Of a stretch of DNA of 64,000 nt, positions 27,508 through 35,717 are shown piece by piece. A program made the position numbers and the translations under genes. Source of the DNA: Candidatus Cryptobacteroides excrementavium (GTDB lineage Bacteria > Bacteroidota > Bacteroidia > Bacteroidales > UBA932); the NCBI GenBank assembly GCA_017695025.1, contig JADILX010000082.1, forward strand, positions 11,112-75,111, written 5' to 3'. The notes beneath the pieces were generated by a model that did no database searches, was not told where the DNA came from, and was given only the letters and a program-made list of their open reading frames with translations. Each line of letters begins with the position of its first letter. Position 1 is the first letter of the stretch.

Positions 27508-28927
27508 ACCTGTTCTTTGCAGTGACAGTCTTCCGGATGTTGCCGCAGTCGCATTCAGGGCACCAGCCTCCGCCAAGAAGCACATATTCGAGAGAAGCCT
27601 TGAAATGATGGCCATGCTCGCATTCCCAGTCAAACAGGAAGCCTTCAGTGCCGATACCAGCCTCCGGGCCAAGGAAATGCCCGCCCCTGAAGGCAGCAGC
27701 GGCCTCGAGCTCCTCTGCGGACAAAGCCGCAAGAGGACGCGATGTATCATAACCGTGTGACAATGTCACCACCTCTCCGGCCGCCCTTGCCTTTTCAAGA
27801 TTCTTTTCCATATGCGGAGGACGCATCTGTGCCCAGTCCCGTATTGACAGATACTCTTCCTTAGAGCCGTAGTATGCCTCCAGTTTCTCCGGACTGTCCT
27901 TTATCCATGACTGGGTCCCAAGCCCCTTTTCGTATGCCAGAGGCCTCATGAAAGACTTTATAAGACATGCGGGGACAAACCTTGCAAGAGAATAGTACCA
28001 TGGCAACTGAGATGCAAGATGCCTGAAATATTCGTCTACAGGCACATTAGCCCTGAAATGCAGATAATCTTCGAGCACATCAGCGTCAGTATACCACATG
28101 CCGTGGAAATTGCGTGTGGCAAACCACTGCGGCTCAAAGACCCTCTCTACAGAGCGGATGCCCAACGGAGCAAGAAGACGCTGTTCGAACTCATAGTTGG
28201 TCATGCGGTACTGCTCCCCGCTGCTGATATTATAGAACCTGTTCCAGAATTCTTCCGGGACACTTTCTTCACAGACATTCGCCAGCAGGCGGCCGGAGTC
28301 CTCAACAGTCGCCCACTCAAGAACGCCTTTTATCGGGACATGCAGAGCCACCGGATTGATCTGCCGGAATATCCCCGGATAAAGAATCCCTGTCTGGCGC
28401 AGAGACACCCAGTGCCTGATCCCGGAGTCTACAATCTCTTTTTCCGCCCGGCATTTTGAGACAGCATACATATCGAATGCGCTGGCATAGACAGGGTCGC
28501 CTGTCCTGCCCCAATGCACAGGGGAAAGCCTGTCCCCGCACTGGGCCACGGATCCGATATATACTACCTTGACATTATCCTTGTCCGGCTGGGCCAGAAC
28601 AGCCTTGACAACATTCCTTGCGGCCGTCACATTGACCTCAAGTGTCTTTTCAGGATAATAGTCTGCTCCCGGAGAGACCATCCCGCCCACATGCAGCACA
28701 TAGTCAGCGCCGTTCACGCCGGCAAGCACATCTTCATAGGAACACAGGTCACCCCATATAATCTCGACATCCGGATCTCCGGAATATGGTTTCAGCAGTC
28801 TGATATTCTTTTTGCTGGGCCTTGCCAGAATCTTTATCCTGAACCGGCCTTTTCTCTTGTACAGTTTCTGAAAGCCGGCCCAGCCCATATTTCCGGTTGC
28901 ACCGGTAAGAAAAACAGTTTTTTTCAT
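27470..28927 (-). CDS. NAD(P)-dependent epimerase/dehydratase (extended SDR) family protein with a C-terminal zinc-ribbon-like module
   Basis: The ATG at 28927 gives MKKTVFLTGATGNMGWAG (Rossmann fold). The C-terminus carries WECEHGHHFKASLEYVLLGGGWCPEC. The tracked start at 29152 runs into the upstream M23 gene and is rejected. Confidence 0.8.
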   Translation of the reverse strand: MKKTVFLTGATGNMGWAGFQKLYKRKGRFRIKILARPSKKNIRLLKPYSGDPDVEIIWGDLCSYEDVLAGVNGADYVLHVGGMVSPGADYYPEKTLEVNVTAARNVVKAVLAQPDKDNVKVVYIGSVAQCGDRLSPVHWGRTGDPVYASAFDMYAVSKCRAEKEIVDSGIRHWVSLRQTGILYPGIFRQINPVALHVPIKGVLEWATVEDSGRLLANVCEESVPEEFWNRFYNISSGEQYRMTNYEFEQRLLAPLGIRSVERVFEPQWFATRNFHGMWYTDADVLEDYLHFRANVPVDEYFRHLASQLPWYYSLARFVPACLIKSFMRPLAYEKGLGTQSWIKDSPEKLEAYYGSKEEYLSIRDWAQMRPPHMEKNLEKARAAGEVVTLSHGYDTSRPLAALSAEELEAAAAFRGGHFLGPEAGIGTEGFLFDWECEHGHHFKASLEYVLLGGGWCPECDCGNIRKTVTAKNRFISQVLSSQCPE

Positions 28928-28953
28928 AAATGTCCATTTAAGACTCCTGAAAA

Positions 28954-30144
28954 TCATTTCCGGCGGAGCCACAGTTCCGGATTCTGGGGATTCTGGCCCT
29001 GCCATATCTGGAAATGAAGGCGGGTCTCCCCATTGATGGTGTCCACAGTCCCTATCTTCTGGCCGGTCTTTACCTTGTCTCCGGCTTTCACAGCGGCACT
29101 CTGAAGTTTGCAATAGAACGAGAAATAGTTCCCGTGCTGTACAAGCACACATATATTGTAGCCCGGCATTACCACTATCTGCTTGACCACGCCGTCAAAT
29201 ACGGCATAGACAGAAGTTCCGGGTGAAAGGGCTATATCAATGCCATTGCTGAACGGCAGTTTCAGTCTTGTGAACACAGGATGATACCGCTGGCCGAACC
29301 CTTCTACAACAGGGCCTTCAGCCGGCCACGGGAGTTTTCCCTTGTTTTTCGAGAACTCGGAGGCGAGTTTGTAGTCAATCTGAGGCTTCTCCCCGCCCTT
29401 TGCCTCGGCAGCCCTCATGGCCTCCTGGACAAGCCTTTCTATCTCCTTGTTGAGGGCATCGACCTGTTTTTTCTTGGATGCAAGTTCTTTCTGATACTTT
29501 CTCTTGTCCTGACGCAGCCTGCCGACCATTACTTCCGCCTTGTTCTCATCGGTCTGGAGAGAAGACAGTTCTTTTGTCCTCTGTCTCTTTACGGATTCAG
29601 TCTCAGACTTCAGTTTCTGAAGCCTGGCCTTCTCTGCGCCCAGTTCCGCCTTTGCTTCATCTATCTTCAATGCCTGGGCCTTCATGCCGGCCGCAAGATT
29701 CTTGAAATACCCGTAACGCCGGAATGCCTGCCCGAGGTTGTCGCTGGCAAGAATATACATGTACCATATCTTGGCGTCCCTGTTCTTGTATGCACTCCTG
29801 ACAAGACGGGCATAATGTGCCGTGAGGGTATCAACCCTTTCCTGAAGCCTGTTTATCTGCCTCTGGGCAGAATATATGCCGTCAGAATAGACCCTTATCT
29901 GCCTGTCAGCGGCGCGGATAAGTTCTTTTCTGTTGGATATCTGCTTCCTGATGAGCGTCAGGTCAGAAAGCAGGTTGCGGCTCTGCACCGCATTGTCGGA
30001 AATCTGCCTGTCAAGAATGGCTATCTCCTTTTCAAGGGATGCCACGCGGGCCTCATAAGCCCTCGTATCCTGGGCAGGAAGCCGGTACAATATTGCCGTC
30101 AGAATGACGGCGACAGAAAAGATTTTCAAGAATATCCTGTTCAT
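28954..30144 (-). CDS. Murein hydrolase activator / M23 family metallopeptidase (EnvC-like)
   Basis: 396 aa. Signal peptide, a long coiled coil, and a C-terminal LytM/M23 domain (GIDIAL, VLVQHGNYFSFYCKL, GQKIGTV). Confidence 0.88.
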   Translation of the reverse strand: MNRIFLKIFSVAVILTAILYRLPAQDTRAYEARVASLEKEIAILDRQISDNAVQSRNLLSDLTLIRKQISNRKELIRAADRQIRVYSDGIYSAQRQINRLQERVDTLTAHYARLVRSAYKNRDAKIWYMYILASDNLGQAFRRYGYFKNLAAGMKAQALKIDEAKAELGAEKARLQKLKSETESVKRQRTKELSSLQTDENKAEVMVGRLRQDKRKYQKELASKKKQVDALNKEIERLVQEAMRAAEAKGGEKPQIDYKLASEFSKNKGKLPWPAEGPVVEGFGQRYHPVFTRLKLPFSNGIDIALSPGTSVYAVFDGVVKQIVVMPGYNICVLVQHGNYFSFYCKLQSAAVKAGDKVKTGQKIGTVDTINGETRLHFQIWQGQNPQNPELWLRRK

Positions 30145-31856
30145 TTGCTGTCCATCTGGGCCTTTCTCCGGCTGATTTTTTCCTCGAGACCTTCAATCTC
30201 CCCATTGTTCCTGGACATTGCCTGCGACCAGTAGAAAAAGGCAAGGTCATATTCTCCAAGGGCGTAGAGAACTTCCGCATAATGGTCAAGAATCACCGCA
30301 CTGTCCTTTCCGCCATACAGCATGGCATGCTTGAAATGGGATTTAGCCTCCTCTGGCCTGCCCTGCAGATATAATATCCATCCGAACGTATCGAGATATG
30401 TCGGGTTGTCAGGTTCCTTTTCCACCGTGATGCGGCTCATCTGATATGCCTTTTTCAGTTTCCGCCCGTCCATGCTCAGGAAATACGCATAGTTGTTGAG
30501 TACAGGGACATATTCAGGGTCAATCTTCAGGGCCGCATCATAGGCCTTGTAGGCCTTTGCATTCTCCCCCAATTGATGATACATGTCTCCCATGGTGGTG
30601 TATGCATTCAATGTCCGTACGCTGTCTCCGGCACTGACGGCAAGGACGGTGTCGCAGATGCCGAGCACCTTCCTGTAGTCACCGAGCCTGTAGTCAGCCA
30701 TGCTTGCCATCTCAAGGAATCCGGGTTCGGACGGGAAATTCCTGAAGGCCCGGCGGCCCTCGGAAGACAATTCCGTCCATTCATCCATGTACATGAGCAG
30801 TTCGACATAGTTTGCCGCAGCGGAGATGCTTCCCGGATAAAGTTCCATGTTCTTTCTGAAGCAGGACTTGGCCTTTGAAGCCCTCTCGGTGCCATAATAA
30901 TATATGCCCGCTGTCGTCAGCATGGAACTGTCCTCAGGATGTACTTCAAGGCAGCCTTCCACCATGGCGTCCAGACTGGAAGAAAAAGTCTTCAGAAACA
31001 TGGGGTCCGCCCTCTGGAACAGACTGCGCAGATAGTCGGCCTTTCCCTCAGGAGACACGGAATCCGAACGGAGGAAGCGCTCCAGGAACGGGAAATACTC
31101 ATCATAACGCCGTGTCACACGGAACACCTCCGCCTTGCCGAGAACAGCAGGGGCATAGTCAGGAGACACCGCAAGAGCCTCGTCATAGGACTTCAGTGCA
31201 AGAGAGTCATTGTACATCGACATCTCGTAATCCCCGAGGATAGACAGCACCTGTGGTGAAGAGTATTCCCGGCTGAACTTCCGGAGAGACTCATATGCCT
31301 CCTCATATCTGCCCTGCCTCCGCAGCAGGTCAAAACGCGTCAAGGCAGTCGCCTCACCCGCTCCTGACAATGTCTCTATCTGATCCAGCGTCCCGAGAGC
31401 CTTGTCAATCCTGTCCTGGGAAAGATACAGTTCTATCAGGCTGTAATACAGTTCACTCTTTTTCGGAAAGTCTTCCAGCAGTTCCTCAAACATGGCAGTA
31501 GTCAGTTCCTTCCTGTCTGTTGCAGAATATACCATGGCGAGACGGTACCTGTACCAGAAATTGTCCGGGTCAAGAGAGACGGCTTTCTTCAGTTCACGCT
31601 CGGCAGCAACTGTATGGCCGAGACAGAACTCCGAAAGACCGAGATAAAAATGTGCCGCATCATTGTCAGGTGCCTCCGCCACAATCCCTTCGAGCAATTC
31701 AGAGGCACGGCTGAAATCCCTTTCGTCATACTTCTCCACGGCAGATACAATCCTGTTCTCGATAAGGCGCTCCCTGCTCCCCTGTCCGGACACGATGTGC
31801 CCGCAGGCAAGCAGCAGCACGGCCGCAAGAAATATTATTCTGTTGATATTCTTCAT
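30141..31856 (-). CDS. Tetratricopeptide repeat protein (secreted)
   Basis: MKNINRIIFLAAVLLLACG signal sequence followed by multiple TPR units. ATGA overlap with the M23 gene. The ATG at 31907 lies inside the promoter box and is rejected. Confidence 0.8.
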   Translation of the reverse strand: MKNINRIIFLAAVLLLACGHIVSGQGSRERLIENRIVSAVEKYDERDFSRASELLEGIVAEAPDNDAAHFYLGLSEFCLGHTVAAERELKKAVSLDPDNFWYRYRLAMVYSATDRKELTTAMFEELLEDFPKKSELYYSLIELYLSQDRIDKALGTLDQIETLSGAGEATALTRFDLLRRQGRYEEAYESLRKFSREYSSPQVLSILGDYEMSMYNDSLALKSYDEALAVSPDYAPAVLGKAEVFRVTRRYDEYFPFLERFLRSDSVSPEGKADYLRSLFQRADPMFLKTFSSSLDAMVEGCLEVHPEDSSMLTTAGIYYYGTERASKAKSCFRKNMELYPGSISAAANYVELLMYMDEWTELSSEGRRAFRNFPSEPGFLEMASMADYRLGDYRKVLGICDTVLAVSAGDSVRTLNAYTTMGDMYHQLGENAKAYKAYDAALKIDPEYVPVLNNYAYFLSMDGRKLKKAYQMSRITVEKEPDNPTYLDTFGWILYLQGRPEEAKSHFKHAMLYGGKDSAVILDHYAEVLYALGEYDLAFFYWSQAMSRNNGEIEGLEEKISRRKAQMDSK

Positions 31857-31904
31857 AATAAGAAACTGTCGTCTGCAATATTGCCGCAAACCGCAGATGA
31901 CTTG

Positions 31905-31912
31905 CAAAAATA
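31905..31912 (-). promoter_or_regulatory. -7 promoter box TATTTTTG for the TPR/M23/SDR operon
   Basis: Exact TAnnTTTG match on the minus strand, 49 nt upstream of the ATG at 31856. Confidence 0.4.
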
Positions 31913-31926
31913 ATACAAATATCTCG

Positions 31927-31934
31927 TATATTTG
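31927..31934 (+). promoter_or_regulatory. -7 promoter box TATATTTG for the ECF sigma operon
   Basis: Exact TAnnTTTG match, 90 nt upstream of the first possible start. It sits back to back with the minus-strand box, 15 bp away. Confidence 0.4.
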
Positions 31935-32023
31935 CAGGACGCGTCTGAAAGAATTTCAGGAACGGTGCAACATTCGTTGCGTCTGTTGCATCTTTTATCT
32001 CGCGGGAGTGTATAAGAAACCTA

Positions 32024-32587
32024 TTGTCAGGAGACTGTACTGTGACCGTAACCTCAGAGCAAGAACTGATTGATCTGTGCATAAAGGGAGACAGGATAGC
32101 TCAGAGGGCACTGTATGACCGGCTGGCTTCCCGTATGTACCCATTGTGCCTGAGGTACGTCGGTGAACGCGGCATAGCCGAAGACATCCTGCAGGACGGT
32201 TTCGTGACACTCTTCACAAGGCTCGATGATTTCAGGGGGCAAGGCTCCTTTGAAGGCTGGGCAAGAAGGATCTTTGTCAACACTGCACTCATGTACCTGC
32301 GTAAAAAGGATGCCCTCAGGATGAGCGACGACATAGACTCGGCACGCCATCTCGCCTCAGGGGCCGTCTCCCAGACAGAAAGCATCGGATACAAGGAACT
32401 GATGAGGCTCATCACGTCAATGCCCCCGGGATTCAGGACAATCTTCAACATGTATGTCATAGAAGGGTATTCGCACAAGGAGATTGCAGGGATGCTCGGC
32501 ATATCCGAGACCACATCCAGGACACAGTTGAGCAGGGCAAGGACATGGCTGCAGAACAAGATAAAAGCAACGGGAAAAGATGCGTAA
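32024..32587 (+). CDS. RNA polymerase ECF-type sigma-70 factor
   Basis: 187 aa. Region 2 (IAEDILQDGFVTLFTRL) and region 4 HTH (YSHKEIAGMLGISETTSRTQLSRAR). There is no in-frame ATG before region 2, so the start must be TTG 32024 or GTG 32039. Confidence 0.88.
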   Translation: MSGDCTVTVTSEQELIDLCIKGDRIAQRALYDRLASRMYPLCLRYVGERGIAEDILQDGFVTLFTRLDDFRGQGSFEGWARRIFVNTALMYLRKKDALRMSDDIDSARHLASGAVSQTESIGYKELMRLITSMPPGFRTIFNMYVIEGYSHKEIAGMLGISETTSRTQLSRARTWLQNKIKATGKDA

Positions 32588-33938
32588 CGAAGACAGACAG
32601 TTTGACCTGAAAATCCGTTCAATAATGGAAAACGGGAAGGAAGAAGTTCCTGACCGTGTGTGGGATGCCGTGCAGCAGAGACTTTCAGCACTTGAATACA
32701 GCAGTGCGGAAAGAGGGAAGCCGCAGAGGCGGACTGTCATGTCTCGGCTTATATATGTCGCGGCAGGGATGGCGGCAGCGGCCGCAATTGCAGCAGCCCT
32801 CATCTTTACAGGCCCTTCCGGCAGCCAGCAGAGACCGGATACTCTGGCAGACGCCGGCAACTCAGGCCAGGCCATGACGCAGCCTGCCGGCCAATCCGGC
32901 GGAACCGGTGATAATGACATCATGATAGATGTCGTGCCCCGGGAAGAAAGCATCACTGGCAAGGACATAGACAGCATAAGCGGACAGATAGCAGCCATTG
33001 GCCTGACAGCCTATGTCCCGGAACCAATGTCTGAATCTGGAATGCCCGGGATCTCTGCTGCAGCAGACAGGACGTCTGCAGCCGGCACAACAGCAGACAC
33101 CCGGACCGGGACGGCTCCTGAAGACAATGGAAGCGGCACAACAGCAGGGACACGGATTGCTACTGTCCCTGAAGTCCAGGAGACAGGGAGCACACATGAA
33201 GACCAGAAAACAGGAAACGTATCCAGGACGGCATCAGGGATAACAGAGGTCGCCCAAGACAAATGGACCGCTACAACCGGGACAGAAGAAAGACAATCCC
33301 GAAGACCGGAGATATCCCTGACAGTATACGGGAACGCACTCAGCAACAATTCAGACGGCAAGTCCAGCAGGAGACCCCCTATAATGCAGAGCCCCGGAGT
33401 CATGAAAGACTGCGTGGTAGAAGACCAGGCCAAATCATACGGAATCCCCCTCTCTTTCGGGGCCGGAGTAAAGATAGCATTCACCCCGAGATGGGCTCTC
33501 AGTGCCGGCATCAACTATACCCTTCTGACCCGGACCCTGTCCGGCACATATTATGACCGGGACGGCTCCCCGAACTATGACAACTCGATAAGCAACCGGC
33601 AGAACTATATCGGTATCCCCGTCAATGTCTACTGCAACATACTTTCAGGGGACTTCGTGGATTTCTACGCCTGGGCCGGCGGCACTGTAGAAAAATGCGT
33701 ATCGGACAATTATCTTGTCGATGTCCAGAACAGGGAGTTCAACTGGAGTAAAGGCAGTAAAGGCGTACAGTTGTCAGCAGGGCTCGGCATAGGAGTGGAA
33801 TTCATACTCGCAAGACGGCTCGGACTATATATCGACCCGAGCGTAAGATACTATTTCGAGAGCCGCCAGCCGAAGAGCATCAGGACAGTACAGCCTCTCA
33901 TGTTCAGTTTTGAGGCCGGGCTCAGGGTACGGCTCTGA
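32580..33938 (+). CDS. Fusion protein: anti-sigma-like cytoplasmic N-terminus, one TM helix, Ser/Thr/Gly/Ala-rich linker, and a C-terminal outer-membrane beta-barrel (porin-family) domain
   Basis: The ATG overlaps the sigma gene stop (ATGCGTAA). The TM helix is LIYVAAGMAAAAAIAAALIF at about residues 57-76. Low-complexity sequence runs to about residue 260. The C-terminus has alternating-hydrophobic strands (GAGVKIAFTPRWALSAGINYTLL, NYIGIPVNVY, GLGIGVEFIL, FSFEAGLRVRL). Confidence 0.7.
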   Translation: MRNEDRQFDLKIRSIMENGKEEVPDRVWDAVQQRLSALEYSSAERGKPQRRTVMSRLIYVAAGMAAAAAIAAALIFTGPSGSQQRPDTLADAGNSGQAMTQPAGQSGGTGDNDIMIDVVPREESITGKDIDSISGQIAAIGLTAYVPEPMSESGMPGISAAADRTSAAGTTADTRTGTAPEDNGSGTTAGTRIATVPEVQETGSTHEDQKTGNVSRTASGITEVAQDKWTATTGTEERQSRRPEISLTVYGNALSNNSDGKSSRRPPIMQSPGVMKDCVVEDQAKSYGIPLSFGAGVKIAFTPRWALSAGINYTLLTRTLSGTYYDRDGSPNYDNSISNRQNYIGIPVNVYCNILSGDFVDFYAWAGGTVEKCVSDNYLVDVQNREFNWSKGSKGVQLSAGLGIGVEFILARRLGLYIDPSVRYYFESRQPKSIRTVQPLMFSFEAGLRVRL

Positions 33939-34003
33939 ACCTGGCAGGAGCCAGACAGGCAGCCCTGGCAATTCTGACAATCTTAACAATCCTTACAGCG
34001 CCC

Positions 34004-34750
34004 TCATCCTATTATACGCCGAGCAAGCACATTGGCACCCACAAATGTCCTTAATTCCTGACAATCAGTAGAGAGAATCGTATGCCTGTCTCCCTCCCAC
34101 AGGATTGTCCCTCCGTGGATGAACTCTATCTTGTCCCCAATCTCAAGCATCGAATTCATGTCATGCGTATTGATGACCGTAGTAATGCCATATTCTTCGG
34201 TAATACCGTGTATAAGTTTGTCTATAAGGCCGGACGTATAGGGGTCAAGGCCGGAATTAGGCTCATCACAAAAAAGGAAATCCGGATTGAGTGCAATAGC
34301 CCTGGCTATACCCACCCTTTTCTGCATTCCTCCGCTCAGTTCATTCGGATATTTGTCATCTGCACCTTTCACATTGACCCTGTCCAGACAGAACCTCGCC
34401 CTTTCCCGCTTCTGGTCTTCCGTCCAGTCAGTAAAGAAATTCATCGGGAACATGACGTTGCCCAGCACCGTCTCGAAGTCAAACAGGGCGCTCCCCTGAA
34501 ACAGCACCCCTATCTTCTGCCTGAGTCTGGACTTGGCCTCATAGTCCATGTCCGAGAGGCGCTTCCCCCCGTACCATATCTCCCCCGAATCAGGCTCAAG
34601 CAATCCTATGAGATTTTTCAGGAGCACCGTCTTGCCTGAACCGCTTGCCCCTATTATCATATTGCACCGGCCCGGCACGAGATCAAGACAGATGTCCTTG
34701 AGTACCTGCAGGTCACCGAAACTCTTGTATAGATGTTCTACCTTTATCAT
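34004..34750 (-). CDS. mlaF: ABC transporter ATP-binding protein (MlaF-like)
   Basis: 248 aa. Walker A GASGSGKT, signature LSGGMQKR, Walker B LFCDEP. Lies downstream of an MlaE-type permease. Confidence 0.85.
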   Translation of the reverse strand: MIKVEHLYKSFGDLQVLKDICLDLVPGRCNMIIGASGSGKTVLLKNLIGLLEPDSGEIWYGGKRLSDMDYEAKSRLRQKIGVLFQGSALFDFETVLGNVMFPMNFFTDWTEDQKRERARFCLDRVNVKGADDKYPNELSGGMQKRVGIARAIALNPDFLFCDEPNSGLDPYTSGLIDKLIHGITEEYGITTVINTHDMNSMLEIGDKIEFIHGGTILWEGDRHTILSTDCQELRTFVGANVLARRIIG

Positions 34751-34797
34751 GAGCCTGTCGTTTTTCTATAACTGTAACATGGGCCTCTCCTCTGACG

Positions 34798-35544
34798 CTA
34801 ATACAGCATCAACTGGGTGACTATCAGATCAAAGAGCAGTATCAGTATGCTTGTCACCACGATAGAACGCGTGCTCGAAGCCCCCACACCGAGGGAACCG
34901 CCCCGGGCATGGTAGCCGTTATATGCCGAGATGGACGAGATCAGGAAACAGAACAGAGCCATCTTGAACCCGCTGTAAAAGAGATAAAAGCCATTATACG
35001 CGTACTTTATGCCGCTGAGGTATTTAGGGACAGGGATGATGTCAGTCATTTCCACTACGCACCATCCGCCCAGCAGGCCGAGAGCAAGACTGAGAAGCAT
35101 CAGAAGCGGACTCAGCAATGTGGCAGACAAGACTTTAGGAAGCACAAGAAATCCTGCCGAGTTGACGCCCATCATATCCATTGCATCAATCTGTCCGGAA
35201 ATCCTCATGCTTCCTATCTCCGAGGCAATGTTAGACCCCATCTTCCCCGCAAGTATCAGGGCGACTACAGTGGAACAGAACTCAAGCACAAGGGTCTCAC
35301 GCACCATATAGCCCACAAGCATCCTGTCCAGCATGGGGTTGGACATATTCGACGCCGTCTGGATCACGAGCACACCACCGATGAACACTGAGATGACCCC
35401 GACAATGACAATCGACGAGAGGATCAGTTTGTCTGTCTCCAGGACAAACTGACGCCAGAAAATCCTCCACTTTTCCGGACGCCGGAATACCATCTTTAAA
35501 AAAAGACAGTACCCTCCGATTGACTCCAAAAATCTTTTTATCAT
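34798..35544 (-). CDS. mlaE: MlaE family ABC transporter permease
   Basis: 248 aa with 5-6 TM helices and an MlaE/Ttg2B-like layout. No MCE (MlaD) gene is adjacent. Confidence 0.8.
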   Translation of the reverse strand: MIKRFLESIGGYCLFLKMVFRRPEKWRIFWRQFVLETDKLILSSIVIVGVISVFIGGVLVIQTASNMSNPMLDRMLVGYMVRETLVLEFCSTVVALILAGKMGSNIASEIGSMRISGQIDAMDMMGVNSAGFLVLPKVLSATLLSPLLMLLSLALGLLGGWCVVEMTDIIPVPKYLSGIKYAYNGFYLFYSGFKMALFCFLISSISAYNGYHARGGSLGVGASSTRSIVVTSILILLFDLIVTQLMLY

Positions 35545-35591
35545 ATCAGGCGAATATACTGCATTTTTTTGTCATTACCGATTTTTTCTTC

Positions 35592-35647
35592 CATTGGACA
35601 ACTCATGTTGCACTTCGATGTTGAATCCGCACATTGGACAACTCATG
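35592..35647. repeat. Two perfect 16-nt direct repeats, CATTGGACAACTCATG, with starts 40 bp apart
   Basis: The copies are at 35592-35607 and 35632-35647, in the divergent mlaE/comM intergenic region. Confidence 0.9.
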
Positions 35648-35717
35648 GCTGCATTTCACCACATTTTTCTTTTTTTAAACGTTTTTTCTGTTTTGAGACC
35701 GGATATTTGCTGAAAAA

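Noticed and set aside
27470-29152. Longer N-terminal extensions offered by the ORF track for several genes: SDR to 29152, sufB to 44026, TPR protein to 31907, nrdG from 26917, rpiB from 8827, tsaE from 37295, lipoprotein from 23107.
   Set aside because: The extensions overlap the neighbouring gene or a promoter box, have an implausible composition, and are followed by an internal ATG that gives the canonical family N-terminus.
29281-30234. 317-codon + strand ORF antisense to the M23/EnvC-like gene. Similar long antisense ORFs occur at 2750..3496, 12174..12902, 14815..15582, 23752..24549, 46554..47288, 48037..48807 and 49169..49864.
   Set aside because: Each lies entirely inside a confidently identified gene on the other strand and gives low-complexity or Arg/His/Cys-rich translations with no recognisable motifs. 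I treat them as shadow ORFs.
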